A stretch of 64,000 nt of DNA, from contig JAZNVH010000011.1 in NCBI GenBank assembly GCA_045592745.1, positions 21,864-85,863 of the forward strand, in the 5' to 3' direction. This document shows, one piece after another, positions 9,324 through 18,688 of the stretch; position 1 is the first letter of the stretch, and every line of letters begins with the position of its first letter. The notes under the pieces were generated by a model that was given only the letters and a program-made list of their open reading frames with translations, did not search any database and was not told where the DNA came from. The DNA is from Candidatus Aphodoplasma sp. Lineage in GTDB: Bacteria > Bacillota > Clostridia > UBA1381 > UMGS1253. Both the position numbers and the translations under genes were made by a program.

Positions 9324-10328
9324 ATGCCTCAGATTAGCGTTATTGTTCCAGTTTATAATGTGGAAAAATATCTAAGTAGATGCATAGACAGCATATTGAA
9401 TCAAACATTTTCTGATTTTGAGCTGATACTTGTTGATGATGGCTCGCCTGACCAAAGCGGAAAAATATGTGATGAATATGCACTTAAAGATAGCAGAGTG
9501 AAAGTAATACATAAAAAAAATGGCGGTGTAAGTGCGGCAAGAAACACGGGCATTGATGAAGCTGTCGGAGAATATATAATGTTCGTTGACAGCGATGACT
9601 ATATTGATGAAAATATGCTCTCGGATATGATGATCCATAATGGCGTCGATGCAATTTTTTGCGGATTCACATATGTCGATAAGATGGGGAATAAAATAAA
9701 AAAATGTAGCGTAAAAGATTTTTGCGCAATAGAAAAGCCGCTTTTCATAGAGAAACATTATATGAAGTGCAAAAAAAATTATATTATTAGTGGTCCATGC
9801 AACAAAATATTCAAGACGGAAGTCATAAAGAGAAACAATGTAAAATTTGATGAAACGATTTCGATATGTGAAGACGGGTCCTTTGTAATGAATGCCTTGC
9901 AATATTGTAAAACATTTTCGAATATAGGCGCGTCATATTATAACTATGTTCAATATGGAGAAAATACGTTGATGCACAAATATAATGCAAATGCGATTGA
10001 GAGTGCGGAAATATTATACAGTGCACATATTAATTTTTTTAGAGGAGATAAGAACGAGGATGTGTTAAAGTTGGAGTTGAACAAAGATAGCTTGACGCTT
10101 TTCATGAACTTTTTTTCCCAAATATACTCTCGTTCCCAAATGAGTAATAAAGACAAATATATTGCTGCAAAAGCAGCGTTTAAAAACAAAACTTTTAAAG
10201 AGTTATTAAACAGTAGCGGTAAAAAAACATTAAAAATGATATTGATGAAAGTAGCAGCAAAAAGCAAGTGGGTTTTTCCTGTTCATGCGTTGTGTAGTTT
10301 ATATTGGGCAAGAAAGTTAAAGGGGTGA
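9324..10328 (+). CDS. Glycosyltransferase family 2
   Basis: ORF track 9315-10328; the ATG at 9324 follows GGAGG. Motifs MPQISVIVPVYNVEKYLSRCIDSILNQT, VDDGSPD and the FVDSDD DxD. Confidence 0.85.
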   Translation: MPQISVIVPVYNVEKYLSRCIDSILNQTFSDFELILVDDGSPDQSGKICDEYALKDSRVKVIHKKNGGVSAARNTGIDEAVGEYIMFVDSDDYIDENMLSDMMIHNGVDAIFCGFTYVDKMGNKIKKCSVKDFCAIEKPLFIEKHYMKCKKNYIISGPCNKIFKTEVIKRNNVKFDETISICEDGSFVMNALQYCKTFSNIGASYYNYVQYGENTLMHKYNANAIESAEILYSAHINFFRGDKNEDVLKLELNKDSLTLFMNFFSQIYSRSQMSNKDKYIAAKAAFKNKTFKELLNSSGKKTLKMILMKVAAKSKWVFPVHALCSLYWARKLKG

Positions 10329-10332
10329 AACG

Positions 10333-11487
10333 ATGAAAAAAATAGGAATTGTTTCATTGTATTATAAAAATAGAAATTACGGCGGACTGTTGCAGGCATA
10401 TGCACTAACCAAATTTATTTCAAAAACTGGATACGATGTTGAGCAACTGTGCTGGGAGTTTTTTGCGCCAAAATTTGTTGCAGAAAAAAGAATATTTAAA
10501 TTAAAAAAAATATTTAGATATATAAAAACTATTATCAATATTTATTTTATGAAGTGGTGTCACTTTTATTATGACAAAAAATTTGCTTTGAGGAATTGCG
10601 CGTTTGAAGAATTCCAAAATAAAATTTCACATTCGAAGAAGATATATAATAAAAATAATGTTGCAGATGTTTCAAATGACTATGATGCAATTATAATTGG
10701 AAGTGATCAGGTTTGGAATATAAGCTGGTATAATGATGAGTATTTTTTAAATGATGTTTCGTCATCTGTGTACAAGTTTTCGTATGCGGCAAGTATGCCT
10801 GATATCAATATAACAGAAGAACAAAAGGAAATGGTTCGCGCCAGTTTGAAAAATTTTTCGGATATTTCTGTAAGAGAGCAATCAACGGCAGATTTTTTAT
10901 CAGAGTTGATAGGGGAAAATATAAAATGTGTTGTTGATCCTACGATGCTATTGGAGCGTGAAGATTGGGATAACATAAGCAGCGAACGGTTGATTAAAGA
11001 GAAGTATATTTTCTGCTATTTTCTTGGTAAGGACAGAAATATCAGGAAGCAAGCTAAAATTTTTGCAAAAAAAGTAGGATTAAAAATTGTGACGTTGCCA
11101 CATGTGGGTGGAATTAATCGTGAGGACATGACTTTTGGAGATTACAAGTTATTTGATATAGGTCCGCAAGATTTTGTAGCACTGATTAAACATTCAGAAT
11201 ATGTTCTGACAGATAGTTTTCACGCAGCAGTTTTTTCGAATATATACGAAACAAAATACTTTGTTTTTGATAGAAAAGGCATAAGCATGAACGAAAGAAT
11301 TATTACTTTGCTGAATATGTTTAATTCAAGGGAAAGGTTTTTAAAGCCCGATGCAAAAAAAATGTATGAAATGAAAGATATTCCTGTGACGGATAATATC
11401 GACAAATATAAAATTGTGCGCGATGACTCTATTAAGTTTTTGCTTGGCAATTTGGGAAAATGGGAGAAAGTGACAAATGGCAATTAA
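10333..11487 (+). CDS. Polysaccharide pyruvyl transferase family protein (paralog 3)
   Basis: MKKIGIVSLYYKNRNYGGLLQAYAL, GSDQVWN, DPTMLL, DSFHAAVFS. Same motif set as paralogs 1 and 2, but more divergent. Confidence 0.75.
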   Translation: MKKIGIVSLYYKNRNYGGLLQAYALTKFISKTGYDVEQLCWEFFAPKFVAEKRIFKLKKIFRYIKTIINIYFMKWCHFYYDKKFALRNCAFEEFQNKISHSKKIYNKNNVADVSNDYDAIIIGSDQVWNISWYNDEYFLNDVSSSVYKFSYAASMPDINITEEQKEMVRASLKNFSDISVREQSTADFLSELIGENIKCVVDPTMLLEREDWDNISSERLIKEKYIFCYFLGKDRNIRKQAKIFAKKVGLKIVTLPHVGGINREDMTFGDYKLFDIGPQDFVALIKHSEYVLTDSFHAAVFSNIYETKYFVFDRKGISMNERIITLLNMFNSRERFLKPDAKKMYEMKDIPVTDNIDKYKIVRDDSIKFLLGNLGKWEKVTNGN

Positions 11488-13003
11488 CCAATTAAAATCA
11501 GGAGTCATAATATCATATGCGACGCAGGCAGTTCACATTTTAAGCGGCATAATATATACCCCTGTAATGCTGAGACTTTTGGGGCAAAGTGAATATGGGC
11601 TTTATCAGCTGGTTGGCTCTGTAATATCTTATTTAAGTCTTTTAACATTTGGTTTTGGTGCAAGCTATGTAAGATTTTATTCAAGGTATAAAGTTAATAA
11701 TGATGAAACAGGTATAGCCAAGTTAAATGGCATGTTTTTTGTGATTTTTTCTGTCATAACCTTGATATGTTTGATATGTGGTGCATTTTTAACCTTTAAC
11801 GTTAAAAATATTTTTGGAAATGGCTTAACAATTGCCGAGCTTGAAAAATCCAAAATTTTGATGGCAATGATGGCTTTTAATATGGCGGTTGTTTTGCTTG
11901 GAAATGTTTTCACCAATATCATAACTGCTAACGAAAGATTTTTCTTTCCAAGAGTCTTGACTTTGCTGACTGCCCTGCTTGATCCAATTCTTACACTTCC
12001 AGTATTGTTTTTTGGTTTTGGTTCGGTTGGATTGGTATGCATAAAGACATTGTTGACAGTAGCGGTATTTATTATGAATGTTGTTTTCTGTTTGAGAAAA
12101 TTAGAGACAAAATTTTCTTTTCAGAGTTTTGATTTCTCGCTATTAAAGGAAATGTCTGTATTTACTGCTATTATATTTATAAATTTGATTGTGGATCAGA
12201 TCAATTGGAGTGTGGACAAATTTTTGCTTGGGAGAATAATAGGCACAACCGCTGTTGCATTGTATGGAGTGGCAGGCAATCTTAATACTATGTACATGAG
12301 CTTTTCAACCGCGGTGATGAGTGTTTTTGTTCCAAAAGTAAATATGCTTGTTGCCAAAGAAAAAGATAATAAAGATCTGACATATCTTTTTACAAGAGTA
12401 GGACGAATTCAGTTTATTATTATAGGATTAATACTATCAGGTTATGTATTGTTTGGCCGTGAATTTATAGCTGTATGGGCAGGCAACGGTTATGAAGAGT
12501 CATATATTATAGGCTTGTTTTTGATGATTCCGATTACTATCCCTCTCATACAAAATCTTGGGGTAGAAATACAAAGGGCAAAAAACAAACACCAAGTGCG
12601 TTCGGTAGTATATTTATTTGTTGCGCTGTCAAATATTTTTCTTAGCATCTTTTGTATAAAAAAATGGGGTGCTTCTGGTGCAGCTGTAGGTACAATGATA
12701 TCACTTTTATTGGGCAACGGATTGTTTATGAATGTATACTACCACAAAAAAATTGGCCTTGATATAATTTATTTCTGGAAACAAATTGCAAGGGTTATGC
12801 CTGCGCTCTCAATTACGGTTGTATTAGGAATTGCCATAAAGGCATTTATCGGCTGTAATAGCATTATACAGCTTGGGGTAAATATAGTTTTGTATTCTGT
12901 CATTTATATTGTGTCGTTTTGGTTTATGGGTATGAATAAAGAGGAGAAAGCGCTTATAGAAGGACCGCTTAATTCGATAGGAGCAAAAATATGCAAAAGA
13001 TAA
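11477..13003 (+). CDS. Wzx-type oligosaccharide flippase (MOP superfamily polysaccharide biosynthesis protein)
   Basis: 508 aa and highly hydrophobic (about 12-14 TM segments). The N-terminus LKSGVIISYATQAVHILSGIIYTPVMLRLLGQSEYGLY is typical of the Wzx/PST family. Overlaps both neighbours. Confidence 0.8.
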   Translation: MAINQLKSGVIISYATQAVHILSGIIYTPVMLRLLGQSEYGLYQLVGSVISYLSLLTFGFGASYVRFYSRYKVNNDETGIAKLNGMFFVIFSVITLICLICGAFLTFNVKNIFGNGLTIAELEKSKILMAMMAFNMAVVLLGNVFTNIITANERFFFPRVLTLLTALLDPILTLPVLFFGFGSVGLVCIKTLLTVAVFIMNVVFCLRKLETKFSFQSFDFSLLKEMSVFTAIIFINLIVDQINWSVDKFLLGRIIGTTAVALYGVAGNLNTMYMSFSTAVMSVFVPKVNMLVAKEKDNKDLTYLFTRVGRIQFIIIGLILSGYVLFGREFIAVWAGNGYEESYIIGLFLMIPITIPLIQNLGVEIQRAKNKHQVRSVVYLFVALSNIFLSIFCIKKWGASGAAVGTMISLLLGNGLFMNVYYHKKIGLDIIYFWKQIARVMPALSITVVLGIAIKAFIGCNSIIQLGVNIVLYSVIYIVSFWFMGMNKEEKALIEGPLNSIGAKICKR

Positions 13004-14145
13004 CACAGTTAAAAAATTGCAGTGGCTGTCATGCGTGCTATAATGCATGTCCAGTAGGGTGCATTAGTATGGAGTATGACGGCGAAGGATTTTTATATCC
13101 AAAGATAGACAAAGAAAAATGCATTAACTGCGGCAAATGTGAAAAGGTATGCCCTGTTATAAACGAGTATAAAGATGGCAAAAAAGGCACAGCATATGCG
13201 TGTATAAACAAGGATGAGTCTGTTCGCGAAAAAAGCTCGTCAGGTGGGGTTTTCACTTTGATTGCTGAGTATGTACTTGATAATGGCGGTGTTGTGTTTG
13301 GTGCGGCATTTGATGAAGAGTTTAATGTGGTGCACACAAAGGTTGACAACAAAGAAGATTTGGACAAGTTAAGAGGTTCAAAATATGTTCAAAGCAGTAT
13401 TGGCAGCGCGTTTAAACAGGCAAAAGATTGTCTTGAAGAAGGCAGATTGGTGCTATTTACGGCAACGCCTTGTCAGATAAGTGGTTTAAAAGCATTTTTG
13501 GGGTGTGAGTATGACAATCTTATAACGCAGGATATAATTTGTCATGGCGTACCTTCTCCAAAGGTGTGGCAAAAATACATAGCTTTTCGGGAGAAAAGTG
13601 CCGGGGCGAAAACCCGGAGAATATTTTTCAGACATAAAAGATATGGCTGGAAAATATTCTCCGTATTATTTGAATTTTCAAATAATACGGAGTATATAAA
13701 AATCCTTTATGATGATTTTTACATAAGGGGATTTTTAGCCAATCTGTACCTTAGACCATCATGCTATGATTGTCATTCAAAATCTGTCTTTCGCCAAAGC
13801 GATATAACCTTAGCAGATTTTTGGGGAATAGAAAATGTTATGAGTCAAATGGATGATAACAAGGGCACGTCGCTTGTGCTTGTAAATTCGTCCAAAGGCA
13901 AACAAGTTTTTGAAAAAATATTTGAGAAGATGAATTATAAGATGGTTGATATTGATGAGGCTTTAAAATACAATTCTTCGGCATATAAAAGTGTAGATAT
14001 GCCGAAAAAGCGAAGTGTGTTTATGAAACTTATAGATAAATATGAGTTTGATGTACTTATAAAAAAATGTATACCATCAAGGCCTTTTCGAAAGGTTTTT
14101 CGCAAGATAAAAAACATAGTTAAAAGGATGTGTTCACATGTTTAA
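12991..14145 (+). CDS. Coenzyme F420 hydrogenase/dehydrogenase beta-subunit-like Fe-S flavoprotein, copy 2
   Basis: CSGCHACYNACP and CINCGKCEKVCP motifs, then SSSGG, ATPCQ, DIICHGVPSP and ADFWG. Paralogous to 4807-5919. Confidence 0.75.
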   Translation: MQKITQLKNCSGCHACYNACPVGCISMEYDGEGFLYPKIDKEKCINCGKCEKVCPVINEYKDGKKGTAYACINKDESVREKSSSGGVFTLIAEYVLDNGGVVFGAAFDEEFNVVHTKVDNKEDLDKLRGSKYVQSSIGSAFKQAKDCLEEGRLVLFTATPCQISGLKAFLGCEYDNLITQDIICHGVPSPKVWQKYIAFREKSAGAKTRRIFFRHKRYGWKIFSVLFEFSNNTEYIKILYDDFYIRGFLANLYLRPSCYDCHSKSVFRQSDITLADFWGIENVMSQMDDNKGTSLVLVNSSKGKQVFEKIFEKMNYKMVDIDEALKYNSSAYKSVDMPKKRSVFMKLIDKYEFDVLIKKCIPSRPFRKVFRKIKNIVKRMCSHV

Positions 14146-15172
14146 AAACAAAACATTATTAATCACAGGCGGAACGGGTTCGTTTGGAAATGCGGTGCTA
14201 AACAGATTTTTAGATACCGATATAGCCGAGATACGAATTTTTTCGCGCGATGAAAAAAAACAAGACGATATGCGTCACGAATATCAGGTAAGGTTCCCTG
14301 AGCTTAGTGGTAAAATCAAGTTTTATATAGGTGACGTGCGTGACTTACAAAGCGTAAAGAATGCTATGCACGGTGTTGATTATATTTTCCATGCGGCAGC
14401 ACTTAAGCAGGTGCCCTCGTGCGAGTTTTTTCCGATGGAAGCGGTAAAAACAAATGTAATTGGAACAGATAACGTGCTTACAGCAGCCATTGATACGGGT
14501 GTTAAAAAGGTTATCTGCCTTTCAACAGACAAGGCGGCATATCCTGTAAACGCAATGGGTACGGCAAAGGCGATGATGGAAAAGGTTGCCGTTGCAAAAT
14601 CGAGAACTGTATCGCCCGATAAGACAACTATATCCTGCACACGCTATGGTAATGTTATGTGTTCAAGAGGTTCGGTAATTCCACTCTGGATTGAGCAGAT
14701 AAGAGAAGGTAAGCCAATAACTATCACAGAGCCGTCGATGACACGCTTTATTATGTCGCTTGAAGAGGCGGTTGAGCTTGTTTTATTCGCTTTTGAAAAT
14801 GCCGAAAGCGGCGATATTATGGTGCAAAAAGCGCCTGCTTGTACGATTGAGGTTTTGGCGCAGGCTGTAAAGGAATTGTTTGATAAAGAAAGCAAGAGCG
14901 AAATAAAGGTGATAGGAATTCGTCACGGAGAAAAGCTTTATGAAACGCTTCTTACAAATGAAGAGTGTGCAAACGCAATTGATATGGGGGACTTTTATCG
15001 CGTTCCTGCAGACAAGCGTGACCTTAATTATGATAAATATTTTAAAACAGGCGATACCGAGAGAAATAAGTTAACGGAATTTAATTCTAATAACACAGAC
15101 TTGCTCTGCGTAGAAGCGGTTAAAGCAAAAATGCTTGAGCTTGAATATATCCGAAATGAACTGGAGAAATAA
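14138..15172 (+). CDS. fnlA: UDP-N-acetylglucosamine 4,6-dehydratase/5-epimerase (FnlA/CapE type)
   Basis: MFKNKTLLITGGTGSFGNAVLNRFLDTDIAEIRIFSRDEKKQDDMRHEY closely matches the CapE/FnlA/WbjB N-terminus. It is followed by capF- and capG-type genes. Confidence 0.9.
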   Translation: MFKNKTLLITGGTGSFGNAVLNRFLDTDIAEIRIFSRDEKKQDDMRHEYQVRFPELSGKIKFYIGDVRDLQSVKNAMHGVDYIFHAAALKQVPSCEFFPMEAVKTNVIGTDNVLTAAIDTGVKKVICLSTDKAAYPVNAMGTAKAMMEKVAVAKSRTVSPDKTTISCTRYGNVMCSRGSVIPLWIEQIREGKPITITEPSMTRFIMSLEEAVELVLFAFENAESGDIMVQKAPACTIEVLAQAVKELFDKESKSEIKVIGIRHGEKLYETLLTNEECANAIDMGDFYRVPADKRDLNYDKYFKTGDTERNKLTEFNSNNTDLLCVEAVKAKMLELEYIRNELEK

Positions 15173-15173
15173 A

Positions 15174-16322
15174 ATGAATATTCTTGTAACGGGTGCCAAG
15201 GGTTTTGTTGGCAGAAATCTTATTGAAAATTTAAAAAATATACGCGATGGAAAGGATAAGACGAGAGAAAATCTGCCTGATATCGAGATAATGGGTTACG
15301 ACATAGATTCCACGCCAGAGCAGCTTGACGAATTTTGTAAAAAAGCCGACTTTGTATTTCATCTTGCGGGCGTTAACCGCCCCGAAAATGAAGAGGAGTT
15401 TATGAAGGGCAATTTTGGCTTTACGTCGCTTCTTCTTGATACGCTAAAAAAATATAATAATAAAGCTCCGGTTATGATTTCTTCGTCAATTCAGGCAGCG
15501 CTTGACAATCCATATGGCCGCTCGAAAAAAGCGGGAGAGGATTTGATATTTGATTATGGCAAAGAAAACGGAGTAAAAACGCTCGTTTATCGTTTCCCGA
15601 ATGTATTTGGAAAATGGTGCAGACCAAATTATAACAGTGCAGTTGCGACATTTTGCTATAACATTTCTCACGATTTGCCAATTACGGTCAATGATGAAAG
15701 TTATATGATGACACTTGTTTACATAGACGATGTTGTGTGTGAGCTTTTAAACGCACTTGAAGGAAAAGAAAACGCAGATGGCGAATATTGCAAGGTAGCA
15801 GTAGAGCATAAAATCACTCTTGGCGAGATTGTACGGCTTCTTTATTCTTTCAAAGAGTCAAGACAAACGCTAAAAGTGCCTGATATGACAAAAAATTCTT
15901 TTTCCAAAAAGTTATATTCAACCTATCTTTCATACCTTGAGCCTTGTGATTTTTCGTACAAGCTTAAAATGAACGTTGATAACAGAGGAAGCTTTACCGA
16001 AATATTAAGAACTATAAATGCGGGACAATTCAGCGTTAATATTTCAAAGCCCGGCATAACGAAAGGACAGCACTGGCACAACACAAAGAATGAAAAGTTT
16101 TTGGTTGTTTCGGGAAAAGGCCTTATTCAGCTCAGAAAAATCGGTACAAATGAAGTCATAAACTATGAGGTAAGCGGAGAAGAGCTGACAGTTATTGATA
16201 TGATTCCGGGTTATACGCATAATATAATAAATTTATCCAAGACAGAGGATCTGGTTACATTTATGTGGTGTAATGAATGCTTTGACCCGCAAAAACCAGA
16301 CACATTTTTTGAAGAGGTGTAG
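15174..16322 (+). CDS. fnlB: UDP-2-acetamido-2,6-dideoxy-hexose epimerase/reductase (FnlB/CapF type, SDR + C-terminal cupin)
   Basis: ORF track 15135-16322; the ATG at 15174 gives MNILVTGAKGFVGRNL (Rossmann fold) one nt after the fnlA stop. The C-terminal HWHNTKNEKFLVVSG is a cupin block as in CapF. Confidence 0.85.
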   Translation: MNILVTGAKGFVGRNLIENLKNIRDGKDKTRENLPDIEIMGYDIDSTPEQLDEFCKKADFVFHLAGVNRPENEEEFMKGNFGFTSLLLDTLKKYNNKAPVMISSSIQAALDNPYGRSKKAGEDLIFDYGKENGVKTLVYRFPNVFGKWCRPNYNSAVATFCYNISHDLPITVNDESYMMTLVYIDDVVCELLNALEGKENADGEYCKVAVEHKITLGEIVRLLYSFKESRQTLKVPDMTKNSFSKKLYSTYLSYLEPCDFSYKLKMNVDNRGSFTEILRTINAGQFSVNISKPGITKGQHWHNTKNEKFLVVSGKGLIQLRKIGTNEVINYEVSGEELTVIDMIPGYTHNIINLSKTEDLVTFMWCNECFDPQKPDTFFEEV

Positions 16323-16325
16323 AAA

Positions 16326-17471
16326 ATGAGCAAAATAAAACTTATGACAATAGTTGGAACAAGGCCGGAGATAATCCGTTTATCCGAGGTTATCAAGGCG
16401 TGTGACAAATATTTTGACCAAATTTTAGTGCATACAGGGCAAAATTATGACTATACACTAAATCAGGTGTTCTTTGACGATCTGGGACTTCGAGAGCCTG
16501 ATTATTATCTTGATGCTGTAGGAAACAGCCTTGGCGAAACAATTGGAAACATTATTGCAAAGTCATATGATTTGATGGAAGTAACAAAGCCTGACGCACT
16601 TCTTATTTTGGGAGATACAAACTCATGCCTAAGCGCAATTGGCGCAAAGCGTCTACATATTCCGATTTTTCATATGGAGGCGGGTAACCGCTGTAAAGAT
16701 GAGTGTCTTCCGGAGGAAACAAACAGAAGAATCGTCGATATTATATCGGATGTCAACCTTGCATATTCGGAGCATGCGCGCCGTTATCTTCATGAGTGCG
16801 GACTTCCAAAGGAGCGCACATATGTAACGGGTTCGCCGATGGCAGAGGTTTTAAGAGCTAATCTTGAAAGCATAAAGGCGAGCGATATTTTAACAAGACT
16901 GGGTCTTGAGAAAAAGAAGTATATTCTTTTGTCTGCCCACAGAGAAGAAAATATAGACAACGAAAAGAACTTTTTCTCGCTTATGAACGCCGTAAATGCG
17001 ATGGCGCAAAAATATGATATGCCCATACTTTATTCGTGTCATCCGAGAAGCAAAAAGCATATCGAGGCAAGAGGTTTTGAGTTTGACAAAAGAGTTATTC
17101 GTCATGAGCCGCTCGGCTTTCACGACTACAATAATCTGCAGATGAATGCTTTTTGTGTCGTTTCTGACAGCGGAACTCTTCCTGAGGAAAGCAGCTTCTT
17201 TTTATCAATAGAAAACCCAATCCCTGCTGTATGTATAAGAACATCGACCGAGCGCCCTGAGGCTCTTGATAAGGGTAATTTTGTTCTTGCCGGAATAACA
17301 ACCAAGCAGGTGCTTGGGTCGGTTGATATTGCAGTTAAGATGAACGAAAATGGCGAGCTTGGTGTGCCGACTCCTGACTACACAGATGAAAATGTATCTA
17401 CAAAGGTCGTAAAGCTTATTCAAAGCTATACCGGAATCGTAAACAGAATGGTATGGAGGAAAGATATATAA
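16326..17471 (+). CDS. fnlC: UDP-N-acetylglucosamine 2-epimerase, non-hydrolysing (FnlC/CapG type)
   Basis: LMTIVGTRPEIIRLSEVIKACDKYFDQILVHTGQNYDY matches the CapG/WbjD/FnlC family. It is the third gene of the UDP-L-FucNAc triad. Confidence 0.9.
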   Translation: MSKIKLMTIVGTRPEIIRLSEVIKACDKYFDQILVHTGQNYDYTLNQVFFDDLGLREPDYYLDAVGNSLGETIGNIIAKSYDLMEVTKPDALLILGDTNSCLSAIGAKRLHIPIFHMEAGNRCKDECLPEETNRRIVDIISDVNLAYSEHARRYLHECGLPKERTYVTGSPMAEVLRANLESIKASDILTRLGLEKKKYILLSAHREENIDNEKNFFSLMNAVNAMAQKYDMPILYSCHPRSKKHIEARGFEFDKRVIRHEPLGFHDYNNLQMNAFCVVSDSGTLPEESSFFLSIENPIPAVCIRTSTERPEALDKGNFVLAGITTKQVLGSVDIAVKMNENGELGVPTPDYTDENVSTKVVKLIQSYTGIVNRMVWRKDI

Positions 17472-17477
17472 ACAACA

Positions 17478-18650
17478 ATGGATATCTATATTAACTATCT
17501 TATAAGTCTTTTAAAAAGCGCAATTCTTGGCACAGAGCCTTCAAAAATACCTGAGGAAACAGAACTTGAAGAGCTTTTTAAAACGGCAAAAAGACATTCG
17601 GTTGCAAATGTTTTATATAATTCTCTTGCAAAGCTTGACATAGCTGACAAAAAGAAGCTTTCCTCGTTTGAACAGGAGTATGCAAGAGCGTTGTATCTTG
17701 AGGTAAAGCAGCAGTACTATCTTGAAATGCTTTGTGAGGCACTTGAAAAGAATAAAATACGTCACGTTCTTATGAAGGGCATAGTTATAAAGCCGTTATA
17801 TCCATCGCCTGACATGAGGCTTTCTGGCGACCTTGATATATTTGTTGACGAAGAAAACTGCCCGAGAGTTAAAAAGATAATGGATGAGCTTGGCTATGCG
17901 ACAGAGCTCTTTAATGAAAGTGTGGGACATGATGAGTATCTTATAGATAACGCTGTCAGAGTGGAGATACACAGAAGGCTTGTCTCAAACAAATGCCCGT
18001 GGGATAAAAAATGTCAGGAGATTACACAAAGAGTTGTTTTGGATGAGCCGTATCAGTACAGATACAAAATGAGTAATGAGGATTATTATCTGTATATGAT
18101 CGCGCATATTGCAAAGCACATGAAATACTCCGGCGCAGGTATAAAAATGGTGCTTGATGTGTGGGTGTTTTTGCGCCATTATGCCGATAAGCTTGATATG
18201 GATATTTTGAATGAACGCTTAAAATACTGTGGTCTTGACAAATTTGATGCAAATGTAAGAGCCCTTGTTGATTATTGGTTTAATGATAAAGAGGCAGATA
18301 AGCTTACAAAAAAGCTTGCCGATTACATTGTGCAAAGCGGCAGCTTCGGAACGCATAAGCAACTTGTTGCAGGTGAAATGGCAAAAAATGCTGCAGGAAC
18401 TCAAAGCCGCGTTATAGGTACACTAAGTTATTATGTACAAATATTTTTTATGCCGTATAATCAAATGAAGGAAAGCTATCCTGTTTTGAAAAAGATGCCT
18501 GTACTTTTGCCGTTTTTGTGGGTATACAGGGCGTGCAGAACAATATTTTTCAAAAAAGAAAAAGCAGAAAAAATAAAAAACAGATACAAAGATGTCGACA
18601 TGCAATATGGAAAAGAGCTTGTTGACTTTAAAAAACAAATAGGATTATAA
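17478..18650 (+). CDS. Uncharacterised nucleotidyltransferase-fold protein (NTP_transf_5 / PF14907-like)
   Basis: 390 aa. The RLSGDLDIFVDEEN motif (G-x-x-D-x-D, pol-beta-like nucleotidyltransferase signature) and the downstream helical region resemble the uncharacterised PF14907 family. It is the last gene of the locus. Confidence 0.6.
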   Translation: MDIYINYLISLLKSAILGTEPSKIPEETELEELFKTAKRHSVANVLYNSLAKLDIADKKKLSSFEQEYARALYLEVKQQYYLEMLCEALEKNKIRHVLMKGIVIKPLYPSPDMRLSGDLDIFVDEENCPRVKKIMDELGYATELFNESVGHDEYLIDNAVRVEIHRRLVSNKCPWDKKCQEITQRVVLDEPYQYRYKMSNEDYYLYMIAHIAKHMKYSGAGIKMVLDVWVFLRHYADKLDMDILNERLKYCGLDKFDANVRALVDYWFNDKEADKLTKKLADYIVQSGSFGTHKQLVAGEMAKNAAGTQSRVIGTLSYYVQIFFMPYNQMKESYPVLKKMPVLLPFLWVYRACRTIFFKKEKAEKIKNRYKDVDMQYGKELVDFKKQIGL

Positions 18651-18659
18651 ATAATAAAA

Positions 18660-18688
18660 AAGAAGTGTATCAAACTGATACACTTCTT
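18660..18688. terminator. Bidirectional rho-independent terminator between the glycan locus and the Toprim gene
   Basis: Perfect 13-bp stem AAGAAGTGTATCA / TGATACACTTCTT with loop AAC, an A-run upstream and T-rich sequence downstream. Confidence 0.8.
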
